Positions 9,894 through 18,434 of a stretch of DNA of 64,000 bases are shown one piece after another. The DNA lies in contig CAWJJC010000022.1 in the NCBI GenBank assembly GCA_963843145.1, positions 438,006 through 502,005 of the forward strand, read 5' to 3'. How positions within the stretch are numbered: the first letter of the stretch is position 1; the number at the start of each line of letters is the position of its first letter. The DNA is from an uncultured delta proteobacterium (lineage in GTDB: Bacteria > Desulfobacterota > RBG-13-43-22). A program made the position numbers and the translations under genes. The notes below the pieces were generated by a model that saw only the letters and a program-made list of their open reading frames with translations, ran no database searches and was not told the origin of the DNA.

Positions 9894-11042
9894 TTAGAAT
9901 ACAAACTGGAACTGTACGCCGCCCAACCATTCTTTGCCCAGGTCGGGGTTGCCGGCGACGTTCGGGTTCTTCCCGTAGTCATAATAGGTGAATTCCGGAA
10001 CGACGTAGAAGCTGTCAGCGACCTTCCAGTTGAGGCTCGCACCGTACATCATGCGGATGTTGTACTTGTCGCCCACATAAACGTCAGTGTTTTCAGCCTT
10101 GTCGTATCCAACATAAAGGTGAGGAATAACCGGGCCGGCGTTGAAGGCCAAGTCGACAAAACCATTCAACCCGGTGGTATCCTTAACCTTGCCGTTAACT
10201 CTCTGGTATTGCTGGAAACCACTTTCCAGGGCCAGCGGGCTGGCGATGTTCGCCCCGTAGCCAATCTGGAAGGTACCCGTAAAGGCGCCGGCTTTAACTA
10301 CGACCGGCAGCACGGTATACCAAGAGGTCATGTTGTCGTCAAACCCGTTCGGCAAATTATTCCATTTGACGTATTGATAATAACCGGCCGGCATCAGGGA
10401 GACCACGCCAAAGTTCAACCGCAATTTGGCGGCGACCATAGGGATCGTGGCAAAGGAGCGTTGGTTGGTATCGGTATAGTACATGGGGCTGTACCAGAGA
10501 GATGTCATACCCGACGACCTTGGTAACATCCTGGGAGAAACGAACCTGGGCGTTACGTTGATCATACACAGTACCCCAACCGAAGCCGGCGACATGGCCG
10601 CGACCCCGAGGCCTAAGTTCTGACCGGCGACCACGGAAAATACATGGCCATCGGTCTTGCCTGCCAATAGGGTGCAGTTTCCGAATTTATACCAGCCATA
10701 CAGTTTGGCGCTTTCCACAAATTGGGCGCCTCCGGAGTATTTTGTACTCGTCGTCTGCTTGATCGCCGGCCAATCCGGAGTTCAAAATAGCCGCCCACAT
10801 GGCCGACTTCCAATCGAGCCGCGGACGCGGGAATGAGTGGGAATATTCATGAAAAACTCAGTCTGATCGGATTTTCCGTCATATAGTTCTTTGCTCCGAT
10901 TCCAGGCCCCGACATCGGTCAACATCAAAGCTCCAAAATAAAAATTGGTGTCTTTGGCGCCCTCGATCTTGAAAGCGAAAGCCGGAACGGCAAACATTAC
11001 GGCCAGGCCCAAGACCAATGCGAAAATTAAAGTTTTTTTCAT
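9894..11042 (-). CDS. outer-membrane beta-barrel/porin-like protein, split by indels at about 10720-10815
   Basis: Signal peptide (10782..11042), amphipathic aromatic strands, C-terminal GVQFQFVF; three consecutive frames join into one protein. Confidence 0.75.
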
Positions 11043-11253
11043 TGTCTCTTTTCTCCTTGTTAAGGTTGATCTTTTCTCTTTAAGTAAACAAACTCCTTGT
11101 TATTGCTTATCTTTTTATCGCCAGCCGATGACCACCTCCCCTCCTGAACAGGATTCACTCATTTTCGACCAGCAATTTATACGGTTAAGCCGTTGATGTC
11201 AAGCATTATTTTTGATTCCCGGGACAATTCCTTTATCAGATATTGGGGAGGTT

Positions 11254-11474
11254 CGGGCGGGGATCAACCCCGCCCCGATTTAACGTGGATAAGGCCCTCT
11301 ATTTATTGTAATTAAAGGCAATTTCTCATCATCACCGAATGCCCTTGTCGTGGATCCAATATTCCCCAAAAAAAGCTTGGATTCCCGCTCAGAAGCGCCG
11401 CGGGAATGACGTTCTATTCTCTGATATTGTTATTATTTTTGGGTTTCCGTAGGGGCGGGGTTGATCCCCGCCCG
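11254..11474. repeat. inverted pair of GTAG-type REPs enclosing a CGTC-type REP doublet (11327-11411)
   Basis: cgggcggggatcaaccccgcccc (from 11254) is the reverse complement of ggggcggggttgatccccgcccg (11452-11474, preceded by gta). Confidence 0.85.
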
Positions 11475-11489
11475 CCTGTCAATCGTCTT

Positions 11490-12761
11490 TTAAACAAGAC
11501 CTTTGACTAATTGGCCGATCTTCTCCAAATCGTCGGTTCCGGCCGGGAAAGATACGCCCGCATTCAGGATCTGTCCATCCCTGACCATCTGTACTTTGAT
11601 CACCGGGAGATAGTTTCCATCCCACTCCTCCAAGCCGAAGGACACCTGATAAGTCATATTGGACGGAAAGGGTGGGGCGGCCGGAAATGATTCTGTTTGC
11701 TGAGCAAAAAAGGTCTCTTTTTCTTGAGCCTCCAGGGGTCGACAAAACAGAACGCTCCCCTGCTTTAACTGCTCCACGCAGTTGTTGCAGGAAAGGCAGG
11801 CGGCTTTTCGCCGGTCGCCCTTTTGCCAGCGATTGATCAAATCCAGCTCCCGGATAAAGGGCCGGCAGAGAGCGATGAAATCGGCGGTCCCTTCTTCCAG
11901 AAGGCGCCGGGCCGTGGGAAAAGACCGGATCCCGCCCACCAAAATGACCGGGATTTGGAGCTGCTGCTTGAAGGCCAGGGCTTCGTTTCGGAAAAAGGCC
12001 GGGTCATCCTCGCCGCTGTTTTTATCCCGGAGCAGGTTGGGCAAGTTCAACAGGCCGCCGCTGATCTCCAGGGCATCGACGCCGACCGCCTCCAGCCGCC
12101 GGCCTACCTGGATGGATTCCTCCAACCGGAGTCCATCCTCGATCAGGTCCCGGCTGTTGATTTTCACCAAGAGGGGGTACTCGGGATTAAGCTGTCCCCG
12201 GACGGCCTCTGCCACTTCTACCAGGGCCCGGGCCCGGTTTTCAATCGAACCGCCGTATTCATCGCTGCGGGGATTGTAACGGGGGCAGAGGAGCTGGCTC
12301 AGGAAGAAGCCGTGGGCGGCCAGGATCTGAATCCCGTCGAACCCGGCTTGCTCTGCCCGGCAGGCGGCCCGGGCGAAGGCCGTGCCGACCGCCCGGATAT
12401 CCTCCGCGGTCATTTGGCTCACCCGGGACTTGGAGAGATAGGCCCCCCCATAATTAAGCTGCAGGACGATCCGGCCTCCCCGGTCATGGACGGCCCGGGT
12501 CAATTGTTGGAGTCCGGGGAGCAGGTCGTCCGAATAACTGCCGAGCTGTCGGGGCGAATGTTTCCCCGAGGGGTGGACATAACTATGACCGGTGATGATC
12601 AGACCCACTCCACCGTCGGCCAGGGCACGGTACAGATCGATCAGGGGCGCGGTAACCGACCCATCCTCGGCCGCCATTCCCTCCCAGGTAGCCGAGCGCA
12701 CAAAACGGTTTTTTAAGGTCAGGCCGTTTATCCGACCGGGCTCAAATAAGGGTTCCATCAA
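11490..12761 (-). CDS. NADH:flavin oxidoreductase (old yellow enzyme family)
   Basis: LKNRFVRSATWE, AGFDGIQILAAHGFFLSQ, DEYGGSIENRAR, C-terminal CLSCNNC. Confidence 0.92.
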   Translation of the reverse strand: MMEPLFEPGRINGLTLKNRFVRSATWEGMAAEDGSVTAPLIDLYRALADGGVGLIITGHSYVHPSGKHSPRQLGSYSDDLLPGLQQLTRAVHDRGGRIVLQLNYGGAYLSKSRVSQMTAEDIRAVGTAFARAACRAEQAGFDGIQILAAHGFFLSQLLCPRYNPRSDEYGGSIENRARALVEVAEAVRGQLNPEYPLLVKINSRDLIEDGLRLEESIQVGRRLEAVGVDALEISGGLLNLPNLLRDKNSGEDDPAFFRNEALAFKQQLQIPVILVGGIRSFPTARRLLEEGTADFIALCRPFIRELDLINRWQKGDRRKAACLSCNNCVEQLKQGSVLFCRPLEAQEKETFFAQQTESFPAAPPFPSNMTYQVSFGLEEWDGNYLPVIKVQMVRDGQILNAGVSFPAGTDDLEKIGQLVKGLV

Positions 12762-12852
12762 AGACCTCGTATTTAATGGAAGAACTGCCGCAGTTGGTTA
12801 CCAGAAGTTTCATGCCTGTTCGGCTAATAAAGGCCAGCGACCGGGGCGGGCC

Positions 12853-13881
12853 CTACGCGGTAAACAGGGTCGTGCCGGCGGACCGCAGGTCGCTGACCGC
12901 CCGCTTCACCCGCTCGGCCATGGCCCCTTCCGCTTCGGAAAGGTAGGTGCGGGGATCGTAAGCCTTTTTGTTGCCCATTTCGCCGTCCACCTTGAGCACC
13001 TCCTGATAATGCCGAAACATATGGTGGACGACCTGCCGGGTGAACGCGTACTGGGTGTCGGTGTCGACATTCATTTTAACCACGCCATAGTCAATGGCCT
13101 CGTGGATGTCGGCCAATTCCGAGCCCGAGCCGCCGTGGAAGACCAGATAGAAGCGAGCCGCCTCGCCGTACTGGTTGACCACCGCTTCCTGACAGTCTCG
13201 CAGGATGGAGGGTTTCAATTTGACTGCCCCGGGCTTGTATACGCCGTGAACGTTTCCAAAGGTAGCCGCCAGCAGGTAGCGGGCCCCTTTTAAGGCATTG
13301 AGGCGTCGGGCGACCTCCAGGGTATCCCCGGGGGTAGTGTAGAGCTTGGCCGAGGCCTCGGCCTTGATGCCGTCTTCCTCCCCTCCCACCACCCCAGCTT
13401 CGATTTCCAGAATCAATTCGTTTTTTTGAAACCGCTCCAGCAGCTTGATGGAAATATCCAGGTTGTCTTTCAGAGGCAGGGCGCTGCCGTCGAACATGTG
13501 GCTGCTGAAGAGATTGGGCCTTCCGGCGGCCCGCCGCCGCTCCGTTTCCTCCACCAGCGGAAGAACGTAGTGATCCAGCTTCTCCGCCTGGCAGTGGTCG
13601 GTGTGCAGGGCCACAAAGATGGGATAGCGTTCAGCCATCCGGTGAACATGTTCGGCGATGGAGATCGCCCCCAGGACCATGTCCTTGACTGACGACCCGG
13701 AGGCGAAGGCGGCGCCCCCGGTGGAAACTTGGATGATACCGTCGCTTTGGCTTTCCGCCAGCCCTTTGAGGACGGCATTGGCCGTGGTCAGGGAAGTGAC
13801 ATTAATGGCCGGGTAGGCGAAGCGCCCCTCACGGGCACGATCGAGCATTTTACAGTAGGTCAGGTAATCGGCAACCGGCAT
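12853..13881 (-). CDS. fbaA: class II fructose-bisphosphate aldolase
   Basis: LHTDHC, HMFDGS, FGNVHGVYKPG, FHGGSGS, KMNVDTD. Confidence 0.96.
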   Translation of the reverse strand: MPVADYLTYCKMLDRAREGRFAYPAINVTSLTTANAVLKGLAESQSDGIIQVSTGGAAFASGSSVKDMVLGAISIAEHVHRMAERYPIFVALHTDHCQAEKLDHYVLPLVEETERRRAAGRPNLFSSHMFDGSALPLKDNLDISIKLLERFQKNELILEIEAGVVGGEEDGIKAEASAKLYTTPGDTLEVARRLNALKGARYLLAATFGNVHGVYKPGAVKLKPSILRDCQEAVVNQYGEAARFYLVFHGGSGSELADIHEAIDYGVVKMNVDTDTQYAFTRQVVHHMFRHYQEVLKVDGEMGNKKAYDPRTYLSEAEGAMAERVKRAVSDLRSAGTTLFTA

Positions 13882-13912
13882 AGTGTGCTCCTTTGTTAAG
13901 AGGTTGATTTTT

Positions 13913-13998
13913 CGTCATCCCCGAAGGTCTTTATCGGGGATCCAGTGTTCCTTGAAGAAAAGCCTGGATTCCCGCTCAGAAGCGCCGCGGGAATGACG
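13913..13998. repeat. CGTC-type REP doublet (empty element)
   Basis: cgtcatccccgaaggtctttatcggggatccag...ctggattcccgctcagaagcgccgcgggaatgacg. Confidence 0.88.
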
Positions 13999-14047
13999 CT
14001 TTATGATGTTGTTACTATTTTGAGACCATTTGTAAAAGGTATTTGGA

Positions 14048-14075
14048 CGTCATTCCCGCGGAGGCGGGAATCCAG
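14048..14075 (+). repeat. CGTC-type REP abutting the GIY-YIG stop codon
   Basis: cgtcattcccgcggaggcgggaatccag (ATTCCC-N8-GGGAAT core). Confidence 0.88.
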
Positions 14076-14076
14076 G

Positions 14077-14370
14077 TCACCGGATGATCATGTCCGTTAG
14101 ATCTCTCCAATCAGCATTATTTCGTTCGATCAACCTGATTTTCCAGGCCCGCTCCCATTTTTTCATCTGTTTTTCTCGAGTCAAGGCGCTTTCAGCCGTC
14201 TCATGCACTTCAAAGTAGACAAGATTCTTTATGCCATATTTTTTTGAAAAACCGTCTGCCTGGCCCTCCTTATGTTGCCAAGTCCTCTGAACCAGATTCG
14301 AGGTCACACCAATGTAGAGCGTTCCATTTCGTTTACTGGCCAGGATGTAAACATAGAACTGTTTAGGCAC
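14077..14370 (-). CDS. small stand-alone GIY-YIG nuclease
   Basis: FYVYILAS..GTLYIGVTSNLVQR..QHK, ALTREKQMKKW.R.WK..LIE..N..W.DL. Confidence 0.93.
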   Translation of the reverse strand: MPKQFYVYILASKRNGTLYIGVTSNLVQRTWQHKEGQADGFSKKYGIKNLVYFEVHETAESALTREKQMKKWERAWKIRLIERNNADWRDLTDMIIR

Positions 14371-14382
14371 ACAAAATCCTTA

Positions 14383-14416
14383 TGGATTCCCACGCAGAAG
14401 CGCTGCGGGAATGACG
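14383..14416 (-). repeat. CGTC-type REP upstream of the GIY-YIG gene, inverted relative to 14048-14075
   Basis: tggattcccacgcagaagcgctgcgggaatgacg. Confidence 0.88.
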
Positions 14417-14458
14417 GTCCGACCACGAACCAATAACGCCTGACGTGAATTTTTCTTG

Positions 14459-16549
14459 TCAGGTCGTCTCTTTTCCTATCCTCTCCATCAGCACCACAAT
14501 CGACCGAGGTTGAACCGGGTAGGTCTCCCCGGAAACAGCCGGGGCGTGGGCCCAGGTGCCGATGTCTTCGGGCGGGTCCAGCGCGGTGTCGATCCACCGG
14601 TGCCAGGCCTTGCCCTGCAGGTTTTGAACGGGCGGCAGTTCAAAGGTCAGGGGCTTCCAGTAAGCGTTCAACATCATGTAGGTCAAGAGCCGGCCCTGGC
14701 GGCTCCAGGCGCTGAAGGCCAGACTATGAGAATCCGGGCTCCAGTCGGGCTGGCTGAGCTTGACCCCGTGCCACTGAATCCGGGCCTGTCTGAGGATCTG
14801 GCTCAGGGTCAATTCCCGGCCGGGGGTGAAGGTGTCCGTGCGCAGGCGGGCCGCGATCAAGCTCTTGACGAACCGATGCACATCGGCATGTTCAGCCAGG
14901 AGGTCCCAATCCAACCAACTGATTTCGTTGTCCTGGCAGTAGGCGTTGTTGTTTCCCCCCTGGGTCCGACGGACCTCGTCGCCCATGAGGAGCATGGGGG
15001 CCCCCAGGGCCAGGAGGGTGACGGTTAGAAAGTTCTTTACCTGGCGGTTGCGGAGCCTTTCGATTTCCGGTTTGTCCGCGGGGCCCTCCACCCCGCAATT
15101 CCAACTCAGGTTGTCGTCGGTCCCGTCGCGGTCCTCTTCGCCGTTGTCCTTGTTGTGTTTGGTGTTATAAGAGACCAGGTCGTTCAAGGTAAAACCGTCG
15201 TGGCAGGTAACGAAATTGATGCTCTGTTCCGGTTCGCGTTCCTGCCCGCCGTAAAGGTCCGGACTGCCCAGTAGCCGGGGGGCTACGGCGGAAACGGCGC
15301 CACGGTCGCCTTTGATAAAGCGCCGCACGTCATCCCGGAATTTGCCGTTCCATTCTTTCCAGCTTTCCCCGACAAAGCTGCCCACCTGGTAAAGCCCGGC
15401 CGCGTCCCAGGCTTCGGCAATCAGCTTGGTACCGGCCAGGACCGGGTCGGATTCAATATCCCAGAGGACCGGGGGATTGGCCAGGGGTTGGCCGGTTTCA
15501 TCCCGGGAAAGAATGGCGGCCAGATCAAAACGGAAGCCGTCCACGTGCATCTCTTCAACCCAGTGGTGTAAACTATCGATGATCATCCGCCGGACGATGG
15601 AATTGCCGGAATTGAGGGTATTGCCGCATCCCGAATAGTTGGCGTACCGGCCGGTGGCGGCTTCCAGGATGTAGTAAGCCCGGTTTTCAAAACCCCGATA
15701 GCAAAGCGTCGGACCGTATTCGTGCCCTTCGGTAGTGTGGTTAAAGACCACGTCCAGGATGACCTCGATCCCGGCTCGGTGCAGGGCCTTGACCATATCC
15801 CGGAATTCATCCAACGGATCGAGGGGGTCTCGGCGGGAGCAGTAACTCCCGTGAGGGGCGAAGAAGCTGACGGGGCTGTAGCCCCAGTAGTTCTCGAAGC
15901 CGGGAGGCGCGTCCTGTTCATCAAATTCAAAGACCGGGAGGAGTTCCACGGCGGTGATTCCCAAATCCTGCAGGTAGGGGATTTTCTCGATCAACCCGGC
16001 GTAGGTCCCCCGTTTATCCACTGGCACCCCCGAACTGGGATGACGGGTGAATCCCCGGACGTGCAGTTCATAAATAATGGTATTGGAAAACGGGCGCCGG
16101 AGTGGGGCGTCCCCCTCCCAATCGTAAAGGCTCAAATCCGCCACCACGCTTTTCATGGCCGTGGCCGTGTTGTCTCCCGGAAGGCCGGCGGCCAGCCGGC
16201 TGTAATGAGGGGGCGTCACCAAGGCCTTGCCGTAGGGATCCAGCAGAATTTTTTGGCCGTCAAAACGCAGCCCCTTTTCCGGTGCATAGGGGCCGGAAAC
16301 ACGGTAGCCATAGATTTGTCCGCAAGTCAGTCCGGGGACGAAGATATGCCAGTAGAAATAGGTCCGGTTTTTGTTTGGTTCCAGGAGAATGACCCGGGCC
16401 GGTCGGGCGTCATCGGGCCGGTCGAACAGGAGCAGTTCCACTCCGGAGGCGTTTTTGGAATAGACGCTGAAATTGACGCCTTCCGGGTTGACAGTGGCTC
16501 CGAGGGGGAAAGCGCTTCCCGGGGGATATTGATCACTAGAGGAGTTCAT
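14459..16549 (-). CDS. glgX: glycogen debranching enzyme / isoamylase
   Basis: PLGAT, NYWGY, DVVFNHT, DGFRFDLA, IAEAWD, NFVTCHDGFTL. Confidence 0.96.
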   Translation of the reverse strand: MNSSSDQYPPGSAFPLGATVNPEGVNFSVYSKNASGVELLLFDRPDDARPARVILLEPNKNRTYFYWHIFVPGLTCGQIYGYRVSGPYAPEKGLRFDGQKILLDPYGKALVTPPHYSRLAAGLPGDNTATAMKSVVADLSLYDWEGDAPLRRPFSNTIIYELHVRGFTRHPSSGVPVDKRGTYAGLIEKIPYLQDLGITAVELLPVFEFDEQDAPPGFENYWGYSPVSFFAPHGSYCSRRDPLDPLDEFRDMVKALHRAGIEVILDVVFNHTTEGHEYGPTLCYRGFENRAYYILEAATGRYANYSGCGNTLNSGNSIVRRMIIDSLHHWVEEMHVDGFRFDLAAILSRDETGQPLANPPVLWDIESDPVLAGTKLIAEAWDAAGLYQVGSFVGESWKEWNGKFRDDVRRFIKGDRGAVSAVAPRLLGSPDLYGGQEREPEQSINFVTCHDGFTLNDLVSYNTKHNKDNGEEDRDGTDDNLSWNCGVEGPADKPEIERLRNRQVKNFLTVTLLALGAPMLLMGDEVRRTQGGNNNAYCQDNEISWLDWDLLAEHADVHRFVKSLIAARLRTDTFTPGRELTLSQILRQARIQWHGVKLSQPDWSPDSHSLAFSAWSRQGRLLTYMMLNAYWKPLTFELPPVQNLQGKAWHRWIDTALDPPEDIGTWAHAPAVSGETYPVQPRSIVVLMERIGKETT

Positions 16550-16806
16550 CGGTTCGTACCCTCCGGTTGATAGAACACCCGTTCCTGATTTTTCAGGATT
16601 ATTCCCGGATCGAACGGTCCGGGTCAATTTTGTCCGGGCAGGACTTCTTTTGGATACGCTTCATACCCAGACCCCGTTTTCAACCAGGGGCAGCCGTTTC
16701 GCCGGGGTAACTGATTTTGAGCGTTTGTCCAATGGTTCAATAATAGCAGAAAATGCAGATTAGACCAATGATGATTTATTCCCCTTTTTCGAAAATGGGG
16801 GAGGAG

Positions 16807-17856
16807 TTATGGTTCCAGAAAGCATTGCGGGTCTTCGCCGGTCAGGTGGGGACGCCCCGCGGCCCGGGAAAAGGCATAGGCCATAGCCCGGCATCCCCGA
16901 CAGGCCGCCCACCGGCGGCAACGGCCGCATTTTCCTTCGTAACTGTTTCTATCCCTTAGCCGCTCCAGTACCGGGGAGCCGCTCCAGAGTTCACGCAGGG
17001 AGTCCCGGCGCACATTTCCGATGGGGACCGGCAACCGGCGGCAGGGAGTGACCGTGCCGTCGGCCATCAAGGTCAAGCCGGATACCCCGGCCGCGCACCC
17101 GCCTTGGGGGAACCCTCCCAGGTCGTTCGGATCAGCGCCCGACTCCATCTGCCGGTAAAGGGGATCGCCGCTGACCAGTTCCAATCCCTCGGGAGAGAGG
17201 GAATGGATTTCCTGATAAAGGTCCCGGACTTGATCCGGTTTTAACAGCTTGGAAGAGAGCAGGGCCCCTTGACCGGCGGGGATCAATCGGGAGAACCCCA
17301 GCCGCTGGACGTTCAAGGCCTGGGCCAGGGGAATCATTTTTAAAAATTGGTCCCGGTTGAGATCGGATAAAGTTGTATTGATGGTCACCGGGATCCCGGC
17401 TTCCACTAAGGTTCCGATCCCTTTCAGCGCTTCGGCAAAACTGCCTTTCCCCCTGAGGGCATCATGGGTTTCCTCCAGACCTTCCAGACTGATCTGGACT
17501 CCCCGAACCGCCAGGCGGCTCAGTCGGCCTGCCCTATCCCGGTCCAGGAGGGTTCCGTTGGTCAGGAGATAAAGGTCAAAACCCCGCCGACTCATTTCTT
17601 CGAGAATTAGAAAAAGATCGGAGCGCAGGAATGGCTCTCCTCCGGTAACATTGATACTGGTCTGGAAGGTCAGGCCATAGCTATTTGACCAGTCTGCCAG
17701 CATCAGGGTTATCTCGTTCAGGGTTTCTTTGATTTCAGAGAAAGTTAGTTCCTCAAAAGGCCCTTTCTCCTGATAGCAGTGGAGACAATGAAGATTGCAT
17801 TTTTCGGTCAGATGCCATTGAAAAAAGAAATCAAAGGGGTGGTCGGTTTGCATCAT
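16807..17856 (-). CDS. radical SAM/SPASM domain protein, candidate peptide maturase
   Basis: QWHLTEKCNLHCLHCY, TGGEP; SPASM Cys pattern CAAG..DGTVTPC..KCGRC....CRGC...DPQC. Confidence 0.92.
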   Translation of the reverse strand: MMQTDHPFDFFFQWHLTEKCNLHCLHCYQEKGPFEELTFSEIKETLNEITLMLADWSNSYGLTFQTSINVTGGEPFLRSDLFLILEEMSRRGFDLYLLTNGTLLDRDRAGRLSRLAVRGVQISLEGLEETHDALRGKGSFAEALKGIGTLVEAGIPVTINTTLSDLNRDQFLKMIPLAQALNVQRLGFSRLIPAGQGALLSSKLLKPDQVRDLYQEIHSLSPEGLELVSGDPLYRQMESGADPNDLGGFPQGGCAAGVSGLTLMADGTVTPCRRLPVPIGNVRRDSLRELWSGSPVLERLRDRNSYEGKCGRCRRWAACRGCRAMAYAFSRAAGRPHLTGEDPQCFLEP

Positions 17857-17882
17857 TCAGGTCCGTTTTCTGGTCTTCATTC

Positions 17883-18054
17883 TAAACCCTCTGACCCGGG
17901 GCGGGCACCCCAAATGAACGTCGAACATTGAACATCGAACGCCCAACCTCGAATGAAAAACAAGCTTCCATTGCCGGACAGAGAGTGTCAAATCTTGTTC
18001 TTTCATCTTCTTTTATTCAATATTCGATGTTGGAAGTTCGATGTTCGATGTTCA
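17883..18054. repeat. inverted heptamer-repeat (aacatcg / cgatgtt) hairpin element with a GGGCGGGCACCCC end
   Basis: Related copy at 25477-25618; arms are tandem 7-mers in inverted orientation. Confidence 0.8.
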
Positions 18055-18145
18055 ATTGCTCAATGACCCTTACAAAGCCCATCCAGCGCAAAAATAACCT
18101 ACGGCCTATTGGGCGCGGGCGGGCTATTTTCATACCAAGGACAAA

Positions 18146-18200
18146 GGCGGATAGGGAGCAGGTTAGCGATGCTTTTTCCCCGCCTCCTCCCTATCCGTCC
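18146..18200 (-). terminator. stem-loop downstream of the small peptide gene
   Basis: 11-bp perfect stem cggatagggag / ctccctatccg followed by ttt on the minus strand. Confidence 0.6.
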
Positions 18201-18228
18201 GTTGATTCCATTGCTGAACCAGCAATGT

Positions 18229-18351
18229 TTACGATTTTCAGCCTTTTCACTTGTGGCATACTGTTTTGGGACCTTCCTTCGCCGCTGCCTTCATTTTGGC
18301 CCAAAAAGCTGCCTCTTTCGCCAACCCCTCCGGGTTCATCTTTTTTTTCAT
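18229..18351 (-). CDS. candidate selenopeptide MKKKMNPEGLAKEAAFWAKMKAAAKEGPKTVCHK-U-KG-U-KS (34 aa if the first UGA is a stop)
   Basis: Strong RBS aaaggaggtg before the ATG at 18351; in-frame TGA at 18249-18247 and 18240-18238; hairpin cattgctg-gtt-cagcaatg starts 10 nt after the second TGA. Confidence 0.65.
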
Positions 18352-18434
18352 CCTTTTTCACCTCCTTTCTTTTGTTAAGTATCCGGTATCGAGTTTCGTC
18401 TCTATCCGGCATCCGTCTTTTCAACCCGCGAACC

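Noticed and set aside
17914-18054. Possible CRISPR array in the short-repeat regions (also 23156-23312 and 25477-25618)
   Set aside because: The repeats are tandem 7-mers in inverted arms without unique spacers; no cas genes
18229-18351. Assignment of the peptide to the known SbtA selenobiotic precursor family
   Set aside because: It lacks the hydrophobic leader I recall for SbtA; cannot be assigned without an HMM search
18191-18424. 77-aa minus-strand ORF from the track
   Set aside because: The strong RBS points to the ATG at 18351 in another frame (the candidate selenopeptide)
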